From the NCBI RefSeq assembly GCF_002571385.2, contig NW_019218153.1, positions 70,907 to 134,906 of the forward strand: a stretch of 64,000 nucleotides of DNA. The letters are read 5' to 3'. The notes under the pieces are model-generated. The model did not search any database. It had not been told where the DNA came from and saw only the letters and a list, made by a program, of their open reading frames with translations. Both the position numbers and the translations under genes were made by a program. Shown here in pieces: positions 11,860 to 23,200 of this stretch (position 1 is its first letter; each line of letters opens with the position of its first letter). Origin of the DNA: Stylophora pistillata (lineage: Eukaryota).

Positions 11860-13575
11860 ATGGCAGTAGGAAGCATTTGTGCGGCATTTTTTCTTGCCTG
11901 CACTGGCCTTTGCACCGCTAAACCGCAGGAGTTCGTGTTCCTGGAAAGCAGTCACGATGTGGAAGCTTGGCGAGAGGAGAGTTGGGAGAAAGTTGAACGA
12001 CTTTCCCCATCGGAAGATGTTTTTCTTACCTTCGCCCTCAAGCAAAGAAACTTAGAATCGCTCGAGCGACATTTCTGGAAGGTCTCCGATCCCAGATCTT
12101 CTGAATATGGCAAACACTTGTCGTTATCCAACCTGACGCAGCTTATATCACCATCTGAGGCAACTACTTCTGCAATCAACGCATGGCTAAGAAGACATGG
12201 CATTCGTCAAAGCGACTGCACGACTACTCTCACCGGAGATTTCTTGACCTGCCGAATGTCTTGTGCAGCTGCAGAGTCCCTTCTTGTTGGGGCGAAATTT
12301 CACCGTTTCAGACATCCAAAACTAACACGGCCAGTGATTCGCTCGACTCATCTGTACAGTGTCTCGAAGATAGTGTCTCCCCATTTGGATTTCGTAGGCG
12401 GGGTGCTTCATTTTCCGGCGGTGAATGGTCCATCCTCACCCAGAGTAAATGAGTACGCGTTCTTCGAGACCGAGACCAAACCATCGGTTAGCGGCCAGGT
12501 ACACATCGGCGTCTACCCAAGTGTTTTACGAGAGCGTTATAATGTTTCTGATGTCGTTGGCACCCATCCCAAAAACTTACAATCTGTAGCACAATTTCTG
12601 GAACAGTACTACAGTCCCTCTGATTTGAAGGAATTCTTAGCTTTGTGGGGTGGTTCTTTCAAGCATCTGGAAGAAATGGCCAAAGTTATTGGGCCTAATA
12701 GTGGTCGCTCTGGCATTGAAGCCAGTCTGGACACCCAATACATCATGAGTCTTGGTGCAATGGTGCCTACTTGGTTCTGGAGCACTGGTGGGCGACATGA
12801 GTCGCAAGAGCCCTTCCTGGAATGGCTCATGGATATCAGTAATCGCACAGAGGTACCCTGGGTGCATAGTGTCAGCTACAGTGATAATGAAGACACACTC
12901 GATGTCACCTACATGAACAGAATTAATGTTGAGTTCCAGAAGGCTGGTGTCCGAGGACTCACCTTCCTCTTTGCCAGCGGAGACAATGGTGCTGGCTGCA
13001 AGAAGAAGAAGTTTCGTCCCATGTTTCCATCGTCGTCCCCTTATGTTACCACCGTTGGTGGAACAGCATTCAATGATCCTTTCACTGTGTCTGGTGAATA
13101 TGCCTACGATATAAGTGGTGGTGGATTCAGTAATGTATTTGATCGGCCCTCTTACCAAACTGATGTTGTGGAGAATTACCTTAAGACCGGGCCACACATC
13201 CCTGCAGCATCTTACTTTAATCAAACTGGACGGGGTTTCCCTGACATTGCAGCTATATGCAATCACTTTTGGATTGTCAACAATAGAATTCCCGTTCCAG
13301 GGGTCATGGGAACATCAGCTTCAACACCAACTGTGGCTGGTATCATTTCATTGGTGAATGATGCACGTTTCCAACGAGGGAAATCTTCCCTAGGATTTTT
13401 GAATCCTTTCCTGTATCAGAATGCTGCAGCAATGTATGATGTTACAACAGGCAATAACAAGGGTTGTCTTGAGGGAGACACTGGATTCTATGCTGCGACT
13501 GGTTGGGATCCTGTGACAGGCTCAGGTAGTCCAAACTTCCCTGAGTTGGTCAAGGCTGCTCTAAGTAATCAATGA
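11860..13575 (+). CDS. TPP1: Tripeptidyl-peptidase 1 (sedolisin/S53 serine-carboxyl peptidase), single exon, 571 aa
   Basis: Signal peptide from ATG 11860 (MAVGSICAAFFLACTGLCTA). Prodomain VSDPRSSEYGKHLS. Catalytic EASLD (Glu/Asp), oxyanion FASGD, nucleophile GTSAS, Ca-binding YDVTTG...GWDPVTGSGSPN. Confidence 0.95.
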   Translation: MAVGSICAAFFLACTGLCTAKPQEFVFLESSHDVEAWREESWEKVERLSPSEDVFLTFALKQRNLESLERHFWKVSDPRSSEYGKHLSLSNLTQLISPSEATTSAINAWLRRHGIRQSDCTTTLTGDFLTCRMSCAAAESLLVGAKFHRFRHPKLTRPVIRSTHLYSVSKIVSPHLDFVGGVLHFPAVNGPSSPRVNEYAFFETETKPSVSGQVHIGVYPSVLRERYNVSDVVGTHPKNLQSVAQFLEQYYSPSDLKEFLALWGGSFKHLEEMAKVIGPNSGRSGIEASLDTQYIMSLGAMVPTWFWSTGGRHESQEPFLEWLMDISNRTEVPWVHSVSYSDNEDTLDVTYMNRINVEFQKAGVRGLTFLFASGDNGAGCKKKKFRPMFPSSSPYVTTVGGTAFNDPFTVSGEYAYDISGGGFSNVFDRPSYQTDVVENYLKTGPHIPAASYFNQTGRGFPDIAAICNHFWIVNNRIPVPGVMGTSASTPTVAGIISLVNDARFQRGKSSLGFLNPFLYQNAAAMYDVTTGNNKGCLEGDTGFYAATGWDPVTGSGSPNFPELVKAALSNQ

Positions 13576-14061
13576 AATTTTTTTAAAAAACAATCTATCA
13601 TTAACTAACCAGAAACACTGGGATGCCAGGGGATTGAAACAAATGCTGAAAAATAGGGTTTTTAGAGATAACACTTTGTATCTTGTCACTCTCGCACCAA
13701 AAAAAATTGTGGTACAAATGTTACAATTTTGTAGGTGCTTATTGTTGATAAGAGTTTTTGTGTCAAAATTTTTTTCATAATTAAAAGTCAATGTTGAAAC
13801 TGCATTTGTATTTTGTGGTAAGTTATTGCAAGGACTATAGTTTTAGTCCTTTGTCCCTTGAACATTAGTACTCGATCAAACTATGTGACACTTCTGTTAC
13901 TGAATATGCATATCAGACTGAATTGCATTACTGCTTAAGGTTGACCCTGTTTCTGTGGCATTAACCAACCAGATGCATTGTTAAAGGGGGTAAATTCTCA
14001 AAGAAGCTGCAGTTTTGCAATGTTGGAAGGTATTGCAAAATGATTTGGTCTGATGAGGGCT

Positions 14062-14374
14062 GTGAAGGCAAGGTGGCCTCATGGTTGGTGCACTCGACTC
14101 CAAAATGAGTGGTCCGGTTCGAGCCCCGGCCAGAACATTGTGTTGTGTTCTTAGGCAAGACACTTTACTCTCACAGTCCTTCTCTCCACCGAGGTGTTTA
14201 AATGGGTAGCGGCAAATTTAATGCTGGGGGTAACCCTGCAATGGACTGGCATCCCATCCAGGAGGGAGTAGAAATACTCCTAGTCGCCTCATGCTACAGA
14301 AACCGGAGTTAAGCACCGGCCTGATGAGCCACTAGGCTCATAAACAGACTTTACCTTTACCTTTACCTTTTTAC
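14062..14374 (+). mobile_element. Full-length tRNA-headed SINE with 12-bp TSD
   Basis: A/B-box head (GTGGCCTCATGG...GGTTCGAGCCC), conserved core, (TTTACC)n tail. TSD CTGATGAGGGCT at 14050-14061 and 14375-14386. Confidence 0.85.
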
Positions 14375-16108
14375 CTGATGAGGGCTAAAGCTCAAAACAT
14401 CAGCTATAAAGTCTGTTTACATCAGCCAATTCACATTATCAAGTCAGCTGATAAAGCTAAATCACAGATAGAATGCTTCTTGTCCTGGAGGGGATTGAAG
14501 TCCATTCCATTCCCCTCTTTCCCACCTCCCAGCAGCATTTCATAAGAGCTACATGTGACTCATTTACATTCCTAAGTGCAGAGGGGCACTGTCACAGAGA
14601 AGTGATGCCACCCAGAAGACAACATGTATACATACAGGTCAGACTCTGAACCAGATTCAGGGTCAAACGGGCTAACCATAAGGCCAGTATCTCCCCCACA
14701 CTTTTCCACTGGAAAATGAAGAATTCTAGATTTTCTAGATTTTAGCACACAACTTGCAAACATTATGTTAATCACCCAGATGATATTTCAAAATTTTAAT
14801 ACTACATTTCGTAGGCAAGGCCTTACTAAGAAGTGTGGCTTTTCTTCATTGCATTGATAGGGATGTAACAAAACCCAACAGAGATCAGCAAAGTCAGCAT
14901 TACCCCTTTCATACAATTCCAAGCAAAAAATGGACAAATATTGGAAAATCATTGACAACAGAAGGTCACTGGATCTAAGACATTTTCCATAAAGTGCTTG
15001 TAAAAGGCAATCCCATGTTGCTTTTATGAAAATGCACATCACTTCACTTGAAAATTGTTGTACCACAAATTGAGACACAAGAAATTTTGTACACAAAACT
15101 TTTTTCAGTTTTCTTCCAGGCACAATGTATCAGTTCATTCTGGGGTAGTCAGTGGAAAATGCTCAAAATTATTGCACCTACTGCATTTAGTTCTTTTTAA
15201 CTGAGTGGGAGGTCTGTATGGGAGAATCTTGACTGAGGTTGCCAGTACAGACCGAATGCAGTGAGGTCTGTACCAGCCACCGAGGTCAAGATTTTCCCAT
15301 ACAGACCGACCTAGCTCGGTCAATAGATGTTTATTATATAGCTGTGACTTATATGCCAATTTTTTATATTCTTTGTACCTTTTTTTTTCTAGACTGGTCT
15401 AGATGCCAGTCTAGTTGGGAAAATCTAGACTGCTTTCAAAATTGATTTCAGCCAATCAAATTCGTGAATTCGGTAGTTTCCAGTCCTTGTGAGTCACAGC
15501 CATATAATAATGAACAGTAAAAAATCAAATCGGTTTTATGAAACAATATCAAGGAGAAAAAAAATGAAATAACTCTTAAGCCTTTAAGAGTGACTAGCAT
15601 CAATTTCCTCCAACAATATTACCCTGAATGAAACCTTAGGGTCTTGAGAATAAAGGAAATGATCACCAACTAAAGAAGCTCTTGATTGTTAAACAAATTC
15701 TCCTTCTCAGCACCTTAGGGAATGTATAGAGAACAGTATGGAGAATATACATACTGATGTTAGGGAGGAAAGCACCTTAGGGAATGTATAGAGAACAGTA
15801 TGGAGAATATACATACTGATGTTAGGGAGGAAAGAGATAATGAGTGCTATCCATGGTTGATACTGCTTTGTAAGAATTCAGGAGGTAAAAAAAACCTGAT
15901 AACTTTAATTGTTTTGATTTCTCAATCTTTCACCGTGTTACAAACAATATTCACAGGAAACATTTGTAGGCCAGCGAGTTACAACAGTTGTGTTGATTCA
16001 AACAGGGTCTTCCCAATTTTTATTTAACACCCAGGTATTCTAGTGTGTATCTGCTGGAAATGGCCTCATCTATGTTTGAATTGCATTTTATGCTCCAAAT
16101 TTCCAGTA

Positions 16109-16246
16109 TTATCGTTTTTTGTAAAGACATGGCTTAAGTCTTAAGCCCTCCAGTTTGCTGGCTGAAACTGACTTGCAGTGTTATCTTTTTTTGTAAAGAC
16201 ATGGCTTAAGTCTTAAGCCCTCCAGTTTACTGGCTGAAACTGACTT
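16109..16246 (-). repeat. 72-bp-period tandem duplication of the RRP8 C-terminal coding sequence including the stop codon
   Basis: 16109-16174 and 16181-16246 are identical except for two substitutions. Confidence 0.95.
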
Positions 16247-19200
16247 TCTATTGTCCTGAACCTTCACAAAATCAAACAGCACAAACATCTTGTTGGTAGA
16301 GTCCTAGGAGATAAAAAATAAATTAACCCATTGACTAGTTTAAAATTTTTGGCTGAGTAAATGTGATAAAAGAAAAATACTACATAATCTTCAACCAATT
16401 GGAGAGTACTGCTGTCATGGTAACCCATGCAGAAATAACATCATACCGAAGCATAATTTCACTGCTGACTGAAAAATAAAAAAAATAAAAAAAGGAAAAA
16501 TAAAGTAGTGAAAATCACACCTCATTCTGCAGTTTAAATCCAATTCTAGTCAAAGACTTTACAAACTCAGATGTGTCATTGATACGACTCGCCACTTCAG
16601 CCACTTTTAGAATGCCTCTACAAGATAAATTACACCATCTTATTATTAGATGAGAATCTTGAATCTTAAACCTTTCTACTCCCAAGATCTTGTTCATAAT
16701 TCTCCTAACTGTCTGCTTTACAATTCTTATGTTGGTTTGGAGAATTTGGTATTGCATCAACCAATAATCCCCTCATTGATATTTTTTCTTGATTCTCATC
16801 ACTTGTCTGCTAGAGATTGTATTGATATGGTAAGGAGAAATTCTGTATTGGTCACTCATGGAAGTAAAAGAGTTATGAGCAGTGGTGGCTCATTGAATTT
16901 TCTGTACCTTCACCAATTTCTTGGTCAATGGAATCACCACAGCTTCATTGCAAATTGGGAGTAGGTAACAAGACACTACATGTAAGCACTTCTGTATGTA
17001 ATGGTTAGGTTGGAAGGGGGTACTTTGAACAAATATAAATAAACAAGAGCTCTATTTTGCAGCCTAGAAGTGTACCAAGGTGTATACAAGGGAAGGAATC
17101 TCACAAAGTGCTGTACAGAAAAGCACACGTGAAAAAAAAATTCGTTAGGCTTGTAATGGGGTGATGAGAGAAAACTCTAGTAATCCAATAATAAGATGTA
17201 ATCTTTGCTCTAACAAAGAACTTCTTATTGTCGACAAGTTATCCATAATACATTTGTGTAAAATCAAAAGAAAAAAAAGTTTTAAGTGTATAACTGTACC
17301 CTGGTTTGAGAACTCTGTGTGCTTCCCTCAAGAAATCAACAAGGTTGGTTCCCATCAATGAAAGACAGAAAACAGCAACATCCACACTTGCAGGGCTTAA
17401 GGGGACCTAAAATGTAAGAGACAATAATTCACCCTTTAGAGCCTAACATCAGAATGCATATTTTCCATACTATTAGCCATACATTTCCTAAGGTGCTGAC
17501 AAGGAAAATTTGTTTAACAATCACAAACTTTTTTCGTTGGTGATCAGTCCTCTTATTCTCGTGACCTTAATGTGTGATTCTGGGATGATGTTATAGGGAG
17601 AAATTAGATGGTGTCATTTGTAAGCCAGGGTCAAAAGAGTTAAAAGCCAGCCACTACAGTTGAACCTTGATTATCTGGACTCGCTGGGGCTAGAAAAAAT
17701 AGTTCAGATAATCGAGGGTCTGGATAATCGAGAATATTGAATATTAACAAAAAACAAAAACTGATTAAATCAACAAAGCAACATTTAATCATGAAACCAA
17801 ACATTTACAAATCGTTTTTAAAAAAATAAGGTCACCGCACTAGCGAATAGATTGTGAAATCTTACTAAGCAACATAGCAACTCAAAGCGAATCAGACCTC
17901 AATAAAATGTTCTTCATTAGTTACAACACCTGTGAGCGCTGCTTTTGCTTTTTGAAAGTGAAACAAACTTGCCTTTACTTCACTTTTCTACGCTGTAGTT
18001 TTAAAATGAATATGGTTACAGAACTTGATCATGACCAATTAGGACCAGAGGAAAAGGCAGGGTAATCAAGAAATCTGGATAATCAAGGTCCAGATAATCC
18101 AGGTTTGACTGTACAGACTGATCAGAGTTAAATCTCTGCACTAACAGTAAATTAAAGACAACACTGACTTTTTCACCTTTGCCATGTCGCATGCTGTAAT
18201 AAACTTGTTCTTGGCAACAAGATCAAACGAATGCACTTTGTTTGCAACACTCTGAGCAATTGCTGCTTCTCCACAACCAAAATCTGCGACCACTTCAGAT
18301 ACTGGTCTATAAATAAATAATTAATAGTAGCAATGAATGATAAAATAATTACAAAGATATACAAAAAATTACCCGCAACATTGTTTGGGCAAACACACAA
18401 GCCAAAATGATAAAATTTCTGTGTAACCTTAGTGTTCACAGTCAAGCCCCAAATATGTGACATGTAATTCTCCTTCCTTCTCCTAGACATATTCGTTTAA
18501 ATCAGAAAAGAGATGTGGGTGACTTACATGTACATCAAAACAACAACCTCAAGCTGATAACTTTATCTATTTTGAATACAGTGGAATCCCGATTTCTCAA
18601 ACCTCCAGGGGAAACCCAAATTGGTTAGAGAAACTGGGAGTTCGAGAAATCGGGAGTGGAGTTACAAGTGAAGCAAATCCAAGGGAAACAAGGTTTGGTT
18701 CGAGATATCGGGAAGTTCTCGAAACTGAGGGTTCAAGAAATCGGGATTCCACCGTACTTGTTTTTGGGGCAATGTGTCTATATCTTATAAAGGAGTTACA
18801 TGACCTTTTAACCTGTTAACTCACATGAGTGACCGAGAGAGATTTTCTCATGACAATATCAATACAATATCAAGCAGACAGGTGACAAGAATAAAGAAAA
18901 ATATCAGTTAAAGGATTATTAGTTGATCCGATATGAAATTCTCCAAACCAATATCATAAGAATTGTATTGGACAGATTAAGGAGAATTGCTAATTAGATC
19001 TTGGGAGTGAAAGGGTTTGTTCGAGTCTTAGGAGTTAAAATTACTGAATTTTAATACAGGTATTTTTTACCTTTTCTTCAACCATTCTATGATTTTGTCT
19101 ACAGGATTAACTGGCCATAATCTGACTTGATTGGTGAAACCTCTGTGGTAAATATCAAACAAGTTTGGGTCTTTGGAAAACATTTCAGCTGCCTCCTTCC

Positions 19201-20137
19201 CTGTTGTGGTGTAGAGTTGTTCATTTATCCACCTGAATCGAGAAGATTCCAACTGCTTTGTCATCTTTTCATGAATACCTGACTTACTTTGAAGACCAGA
19301 GGGCGGTACAATGTTTTTACTTGTGACCTTGAAGTTTTCAAAGTTCTTTTCTGATACTGGTTCTTCATAAGGGATACTGTGATCTTGCTCCATGTCTTGA
19401 TTTTTCTTCCTTCTTTTTTGCTTTTGATTTGCCTCTAGAGTTATTTGCCCTGAATTTGTTATTGTAGAATTGTCTTCACAACCATGCCCTTTCTTTTTCT
19501 CTCTTTGCTTCTTTTTCTTTGCTTTCTTACTTTCAGACTGATTTACCACTTCCATGGTTTGAAGATTTGAAGGAATTTCTTTGTTATCTATAGCAGCCTG
19601 AATCGTGGAATCAGTACTTTTATAACATCGATTGTCACTAACACACTTTATTTTATCCTTCTTCTTGTGCTCATTGCTGTCTTCTTCCTTACTTTGATTC
19701 ATAATTATCTTCTTAGTTTCTTTCTTGCTCTTGTGGTTATTTAATTTCTCACTGTGTTCTTTTTCTAGAGCTTTTGCCATAAGTCCCGTACTTCTAGTCG
19801 CTATGTCAACCTCTTTCAAGGTAGTGGCATCACTCTTTTCGTTTTCTCGGCATTCAAAACCTTGGTTTTGCACTATTTTAAATTTATTATTATCTCTTTT
19901 CTTTTTCTTTCTTTTCTTTTTCAACTGTCCCGTTTCATCATTGCTTTCTGTTGCTTTTCTTTTCTTACTCTCTGAAGTATTCATCTCATTTTGGAGTGGC
20001 ACATTGTTCGACACGGAAGCATGATATTTGCAGTTTGTTGAGGATATACCGCCAAAAAGATGAAGAATAAGAGAATCCTGTTCCTTGGACGTGCTTTCCC
20101 ACTCCAAAATCTCGAAATAGTTTTGCATTTCTGTCAT
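16181..20137 (-). CDS. RRP8: Ribosomal RNA-processing protein 8 / nucleomethylin (rRNA m1A methyltransferase); exons 20137-19071, 18306-18177, 17406-17300, 16617-16521, 16303-16181
   Basis: Lys-rich N-terminus, then [13 protein letters not shown]...FDIYHRGF...[15 protein letters not shown] (SAM motif I), [37 protein letters not shown] and terminal LKPCLYKKR. All introns GT-AG and phase-consistent. Confidence 0.95.
17657..18111. mobile_element. Tc1/mariner (pogo/Tigger-like) MITE; related copy at 51577-51945
   Basis: TA-CAGTTGAACCTTGATTATCTGGAC ... GTCCAGATAATCCAGGTTTGACTG-TA termini. Confidence 0.8.
18579..18754. mobile_element. Tc1/mariner-type MITE
   Basis: TA-CAGTGGAATCCCGATTTCT ... AGAAATCGGGATTCCACCG-TA. 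Confidence 0.8.
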
Positions 20138-20281
20138 TTCAAGCTGAATCTAGAAGACTTGCAAAAGACCACGCGCGTCCGCCATGCTTGAAAAACAGTT
20201 AATGTGGACAGCGTGCATCCAAAGTGTTTTGCGCCAGAGCGAGGCTGGAAATAGCCTCTTCGGCTCCATCCACGATCCATC
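20138..20281. promoter_or_regulatory. Bidirectional promoter/5'UTRs shared by RRP8 and RPS3A
   Basis: Only 144 bp between the divergent ATGs. Pyrimidine tract CCTCTTC near 20254 resembles a TCT/TOP start for the ribosomal protein gene. Confidence 0.75.
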
Positions 20282-23200
20282 ATGGCGGTGGGAAAAAATA
20301 AGAGACTGACTAAAGGAAAAAAGGGACTTAAAAAGAAGATGTGAGTGGAAAAATTAAAAAATTTTCTTTTAGAGCTGTGTTTCCTTTGTGTAAGATTCAT
20401 TCTATGAAAGTAGATTTCGTGGATGGCGAGAATTGGTGAAGGATTCGAGTGGATGTACACTTCGTGTTTTTATTTCAGTCAGCGAGTGGAGATTTTTAGT
20501 GAGGTGTTTGACGTTTTAAAGCTAGTGGAGTGTCATGGAAATTGAACTTTCTGATAAACGCTAGATCTGAAGGTGGCTCCCAGGTGTTGCTCTGCTTTAA
20601 TTATGCGACAGTTAAGAGCTTATTTTTTTGTTTTTGCTAGCGTTGACCCCTTCACCAAAAAAGATTGGTACGATGTCAAAGCTCCGTCAATGTTCACTAT
20701 CCGACAGATCGGCAAAACCATGGTGACCAGGACTACTGGAACTAGTAAGTCTCATTATTTGAAGCGCTATGCTTGAGATAGGTAAAAATTTAATTTAATT
20801 GGAACAATTTTGGTATTCTGATTAGCCTCTGTAAATTTCGAAATGTTAGCCTGGAGTCTAATCTCTTTTATTCCCAAGATTCGTAAACTGATCTTTGGAG
20901 TTTGTTTGTGAAATTAATTTAATGATTATGTTTCATCCACCATTTGCAAAACTTAGTTTCTTTCTTTTCGCTCAGAAATTGCTTCTGATGGTCTCAAGGG
21001 ACGTGTGTTTGAAGCATCATTGGCTGACCTCCAAAATGACGAGGTTGCTTTCAGGAAGTTTAAGCTTATTGTTGAGGATGTCCAGGGTAAGAACTGCCTC
21101 ACAAACTTTCATGGCATGGACATGACCACAGACAAGCTCAGGTCATTGGTTAAGAAATGGCAGGTTAGTGCAACATTGGTGAATTTCTGTTGAGTGTGCA
21201 AAACGATGAGGAAAAAGCCTCTTAATAATTTTGTCATCAGACAGGTCATCTTTTAGGCAGTACAGTCAAACCTCAATCATCTGGACTTCAGTTATCCAGA
21301 TTTTTCCACTATCTGGGCTTGCTTCTCTGATTCTATCCTTTTTTTTTTTTTTTTCTAACACATTGACACCTGAACCGCCCGTAACCGCTCGAAGCTCGCG
21401 ATCGCCTTGCGCGAGAACGCTTTCCCCCTACCTCCCCTACTAAGTGGAGTTTTGTCCCCAAACTTCCTCTATAGTTTGGAGATCAATAAGCCAATCAGAA
21501 TGCGTTGTTTGCACATATATTTTGTCGACTTTAGGTGGTACTAGAGGGGCATTATTCTATGCGTCTTCACTAAATGATCAAATTTGAAAATATGGCGTCC
21601 ACGCGGCCGACCCTCAAAATTTTCAAGTCGGATTTTTCGTTCATTTGCGATTGAGTTAGACCTTGTGGAATTCAGAATGTAAAGTAACAATGGTATAGAA
21701 TACTCTGCTGGGAAAAGAATGGATATTCAGGTCTTAAAAGTGACAGAATGAGCTCTCAAGTCAACGACACTACGATTCTCTAAGGCGATGTGAATTATAG
21801 ACGTAAAGTGAAAACCGAACTTTCGGACTTCAAGCAGGGCCTGGCGACAATTTAACGATTCGATGGCCCGGTAAATATTATGTTTGAGTAACAATGTGTT
21901 CAAAAAGTATAGTTTAATAGAAGAGTTTGCCTCAAATCTAAGTTTTTTCAGAATTTTCATCATAATGCTGCGCAATTTCTGGCCATGAAGGCAAGTAAAC
22001 AACGATCTAAGCATGATGAATTTTACTGCATGGGCTTTGTACAGGTAAGAAATTTGTACGTTTTTCGCTTATAACAGCAAATCAAAAACTGTTTTGAATA
22101 AATCTGACATCCCAAAATATTTCTTGGCCATTTTAGTCTTGCTTCCTGTTAATAGATTCCATGGAACTTGAGATTTCTTCACACAAATTTGCATATTTCC
22201 TTTTGAAATATGATCCACATGCCCATTTTCACCCATTCAAAAATATTTAGCAATTTTTATCTTTCATCTTGATTTTTGAGTTAAAATGTAATATGCACCC
22301 ATCGCTTTTTTCGCCGGAAATAAGTTCTTTAATTAGTCCTCTTTCACTGGAGCTTGTTTTTTGGAAAAGATGATTTTTAAAAATTTACTGCGCATTGTGA
22401 TTGCCTTCTTGGTTTCTCCAAAATTTTGACTTTTCGTTGGCACGTGTTACATGTAAGCGTCAATGGGTTGATATGGGTCAATCAGCCCAGTCCCCAGGAA
22501 TTCAACAATAATTTGAATTTGTTGCACCATTAATCAATTGCCTTTTGCCACGAGCTTCCACTAGCTAATAATCTTTTCTTTTAAATCCCAACTCCTAAGA
22601 TCTGAATGTTCATTCTCCTCTTAAGCTGCCATGCATTTCCTTGTCAATTAGTGGTGAGAATTTGTTGTTAGATCAGGATAACAACTTCTACCTGATAAGT
22701 TTGAGTATTCTCATTACCTGTTTGCTGGATTATGTATGGATATTATAGGGAGAAGTTGCTTCTTAATCACACACTGTATTATAGGGAGAAGTTGCATGTT
22801 AATCACCTCTGGGAGTTAAAGGGTTAATCAGGGCTTGAAGTTAATTTTTGGATCACTAACCCATTGGGTTAGTAGACATCTTTTTTGCTAACCAAATTAT
22901 TAAGTTTGGTATCCAAGCTCACAAGTTAGGACATCTCAAATATTGAACATTTTGATAATAACGACTAGGACAAATTAAAGAGTAGCTGACATTGCATGGT
23001 GACCTTAAAAACGTTGACAATTATGCACCTATTTTATTTCCTCCCGTTTACTCTGATTAGTCAAGAACAGTACATCTACAGCACATTCTCTAAAAAGAGT
23101 TTAAATTGATTAAACAACTTGAGTATATTAAGTATTCCTCTAAGAATTGGGTCCATATGCTCTTTGTCCTGAGGTCTACCAATGTTTAAATATATTAGAA

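Noticed and set aside
11845-13357. Overlapping and antisense ORFs within TPP1 (e.g. 209 aa at 12637-13266)
   Set aside because: Shadow ORFs of a long coding exon with no independent protein features.
15709-15833. ~62-bp tandem duplication as a functional element
   Set aside because: Lies within a copy of the abundant TTAA MITE family; a local slippage duplication.
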